A stretch of 64,000 nt of DNA from Tubulanus polymorphus (Eukaryota > Animalia > Nemertea), in the NCBI RefSeq assembly GCF_964204645.1, contig NC_134033.1, forward strand, positions 9,680,655 through 9,744,654, in the 5' to 3' direction. This document shows positions 62,637 to 64,000 of this stretch, piece by piece. The translations under genes and the position numbers were made by a program. The notes under the pieces were generated by a model. That model did not search any database. It was not told where the DNA came from and saw only the letters and a program-made list of their open reading frames with translations. The first letter of the stretch is position 1; each line of letters begins with the position of its first letter.

Positions 62637-63554
62637 ATTATAGCATGGATTAGCTATGTGTTAACTATCTATATCTTACATATTAAAATCATAAAGATAA
62701 CTTTTAAGTGTGTCTTGGTCTTCTGAGGTAAATTGGAGTTGGATATTTTTTTCAAGGTGAGCCAGGATTGGAATTCAGTATATTTTCAGACAGGAATTAG
62801 ATGCGGCTGGACCTCTAATAGCTGAAATTGCTAATAACAGAATATAGACAGACAGTGTATCTAGGATGAAGTACACGTTTAAGACACGTGTATTTAGGAT
62901 GAAGGACCAGTGTATTTAGGATGAAGTACACGTGTAAGACACGTGTATCTGGGATGGACACATGTATTTTGATAAAGTAGCCTACACGTGTATTTAGAAT
63001 GAAGTACACGGGTAAAATTGGGCAAATTTTACACGTGTACTTAAAATACATGTGTATTTTCATTTATTATTACGCGTGTACAATTTTTGCTAGGGTATTA
63101 ACGAAATTACGGACCAAAACGTCGCAAGGAGAGCAGGTGTGACAGACAGTAGTGTGACAGATAGGCCTAGTAGACTATAGCCTAAAAGGAGGACCGGTAA
63201 AAGTGCAGATCTGCACCTCTCCGCGTAAACGGTTCAATCAATTAGGCCTACATTAAATATCATTGTTTCAGATTCAAAATGTCATCAGCAATCGGTCATC
63301 CTTATTACCGAGATGATGTATTTTACCGAGATGAACCGAGATCAACCATGATGAAATTAAATATAACATATTTATTTATTCCATATCGATTTTAACCATT
63401 GAAATCATATTATATCAGTAATAAATGCCTGCTGGGTTCATATTTTACATATTTTGTCGGATATTTTTGGAAAAATAACTTTTAACTTTACCGAGATGAG
63501 ATCGTCGATCAATCAAATTCAATGAAATTTTATTGCTAACCGAGTTTACGTTTT

Positions 63555-63924
63555 CGAAGTGGCTACTCGTACGGACCCGTACGAATAATTCCGTAGGCTA
63601 TTCGTACACACCCGTCGGATAACTTTGGAATTATGTGTACGGGAAGGGATAGGGTTAGGGTAAGGTGAGGCTATATGTAGTTAAAACATTCGACCGACTG
63701 TCAGCGAGCTCGGTGGTCTAGTGGTACGATGCTGTGCTAGTAATTTACTGGCCCGGGTTCGAGTCTCGCTCTATCCGCTATTTTTCTCTAACCCTATTCT
63801 CCACACTTTCCTTGAATTTTCTAAGTCGTGCACCTCTGTATGCATGCGCAGCGTTAATCGGCCAATCAGCGACAGTTATTAGCGTACAGATCCTAGTCCC
63901 ATACGAATAGTCTCCAGAGTAATC
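63555..63924 (+). mobile_element. MITE with internal tRNA-like promoter (copy 2 of 27161-27535)
   Basis: Colinear and highly similar to 27166-27535 along its whole length. Confidence 0.85.
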
Positions 63925-64000
63925 AAAATTTTTTTTAATAAAAAAATATGTAAAATATGACTCTAGGAGGTATTTATTACTGATATAACATGATTTCAAG

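Overview
Eukaryotic (invertebrate-animal-like, AT-rich) genomic DNA made mostly of nested mobile elements. 1-21165 is a decaying endogenous Polinton/Maverick (adintovirus-like) DNA virus: pPolB, penton, HNH nuclease, rve integrase with chromodomain, packaging ATPase, major capsid and membrane proteins. Nearly all of its genes start in a TAAATG context, and it contains a 400-bp nested palindrome. A young, nearly intact tyrosine-recombinase (PAT/DIRS-type) retrotransposon (9430-16580) is cleanly inserted into it. That element has split direct repeats, a loxP-like 14-8-14 site at its internal circle-junction copy, a hairpin repeat array in its leader, and apparently spliced gag/RT/YR ORFs. Next come a truncated Kolobok-type transposase and a 16.3-kb TIR element (25330-41606). 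Inside the TIR element is a Gypsy LTR retrotransposon with an extra SGNH esterase ORF and an unexplained 6-kb insert in its 5' LTR. The right part holds the one clear host gene, a minus-strand homocysteine S-methyltransferase (six exons, first coding exon not found), with Penelope, MITE and MULE-RING insertions in its introns. It is flanked by an L2 LINE fragment, a 24-bp minisatellite and a MITE-disrupted BEN-domain gene. All calls come from reading motifs by eye with no database searches. Some frameshifts may be assembly errors.
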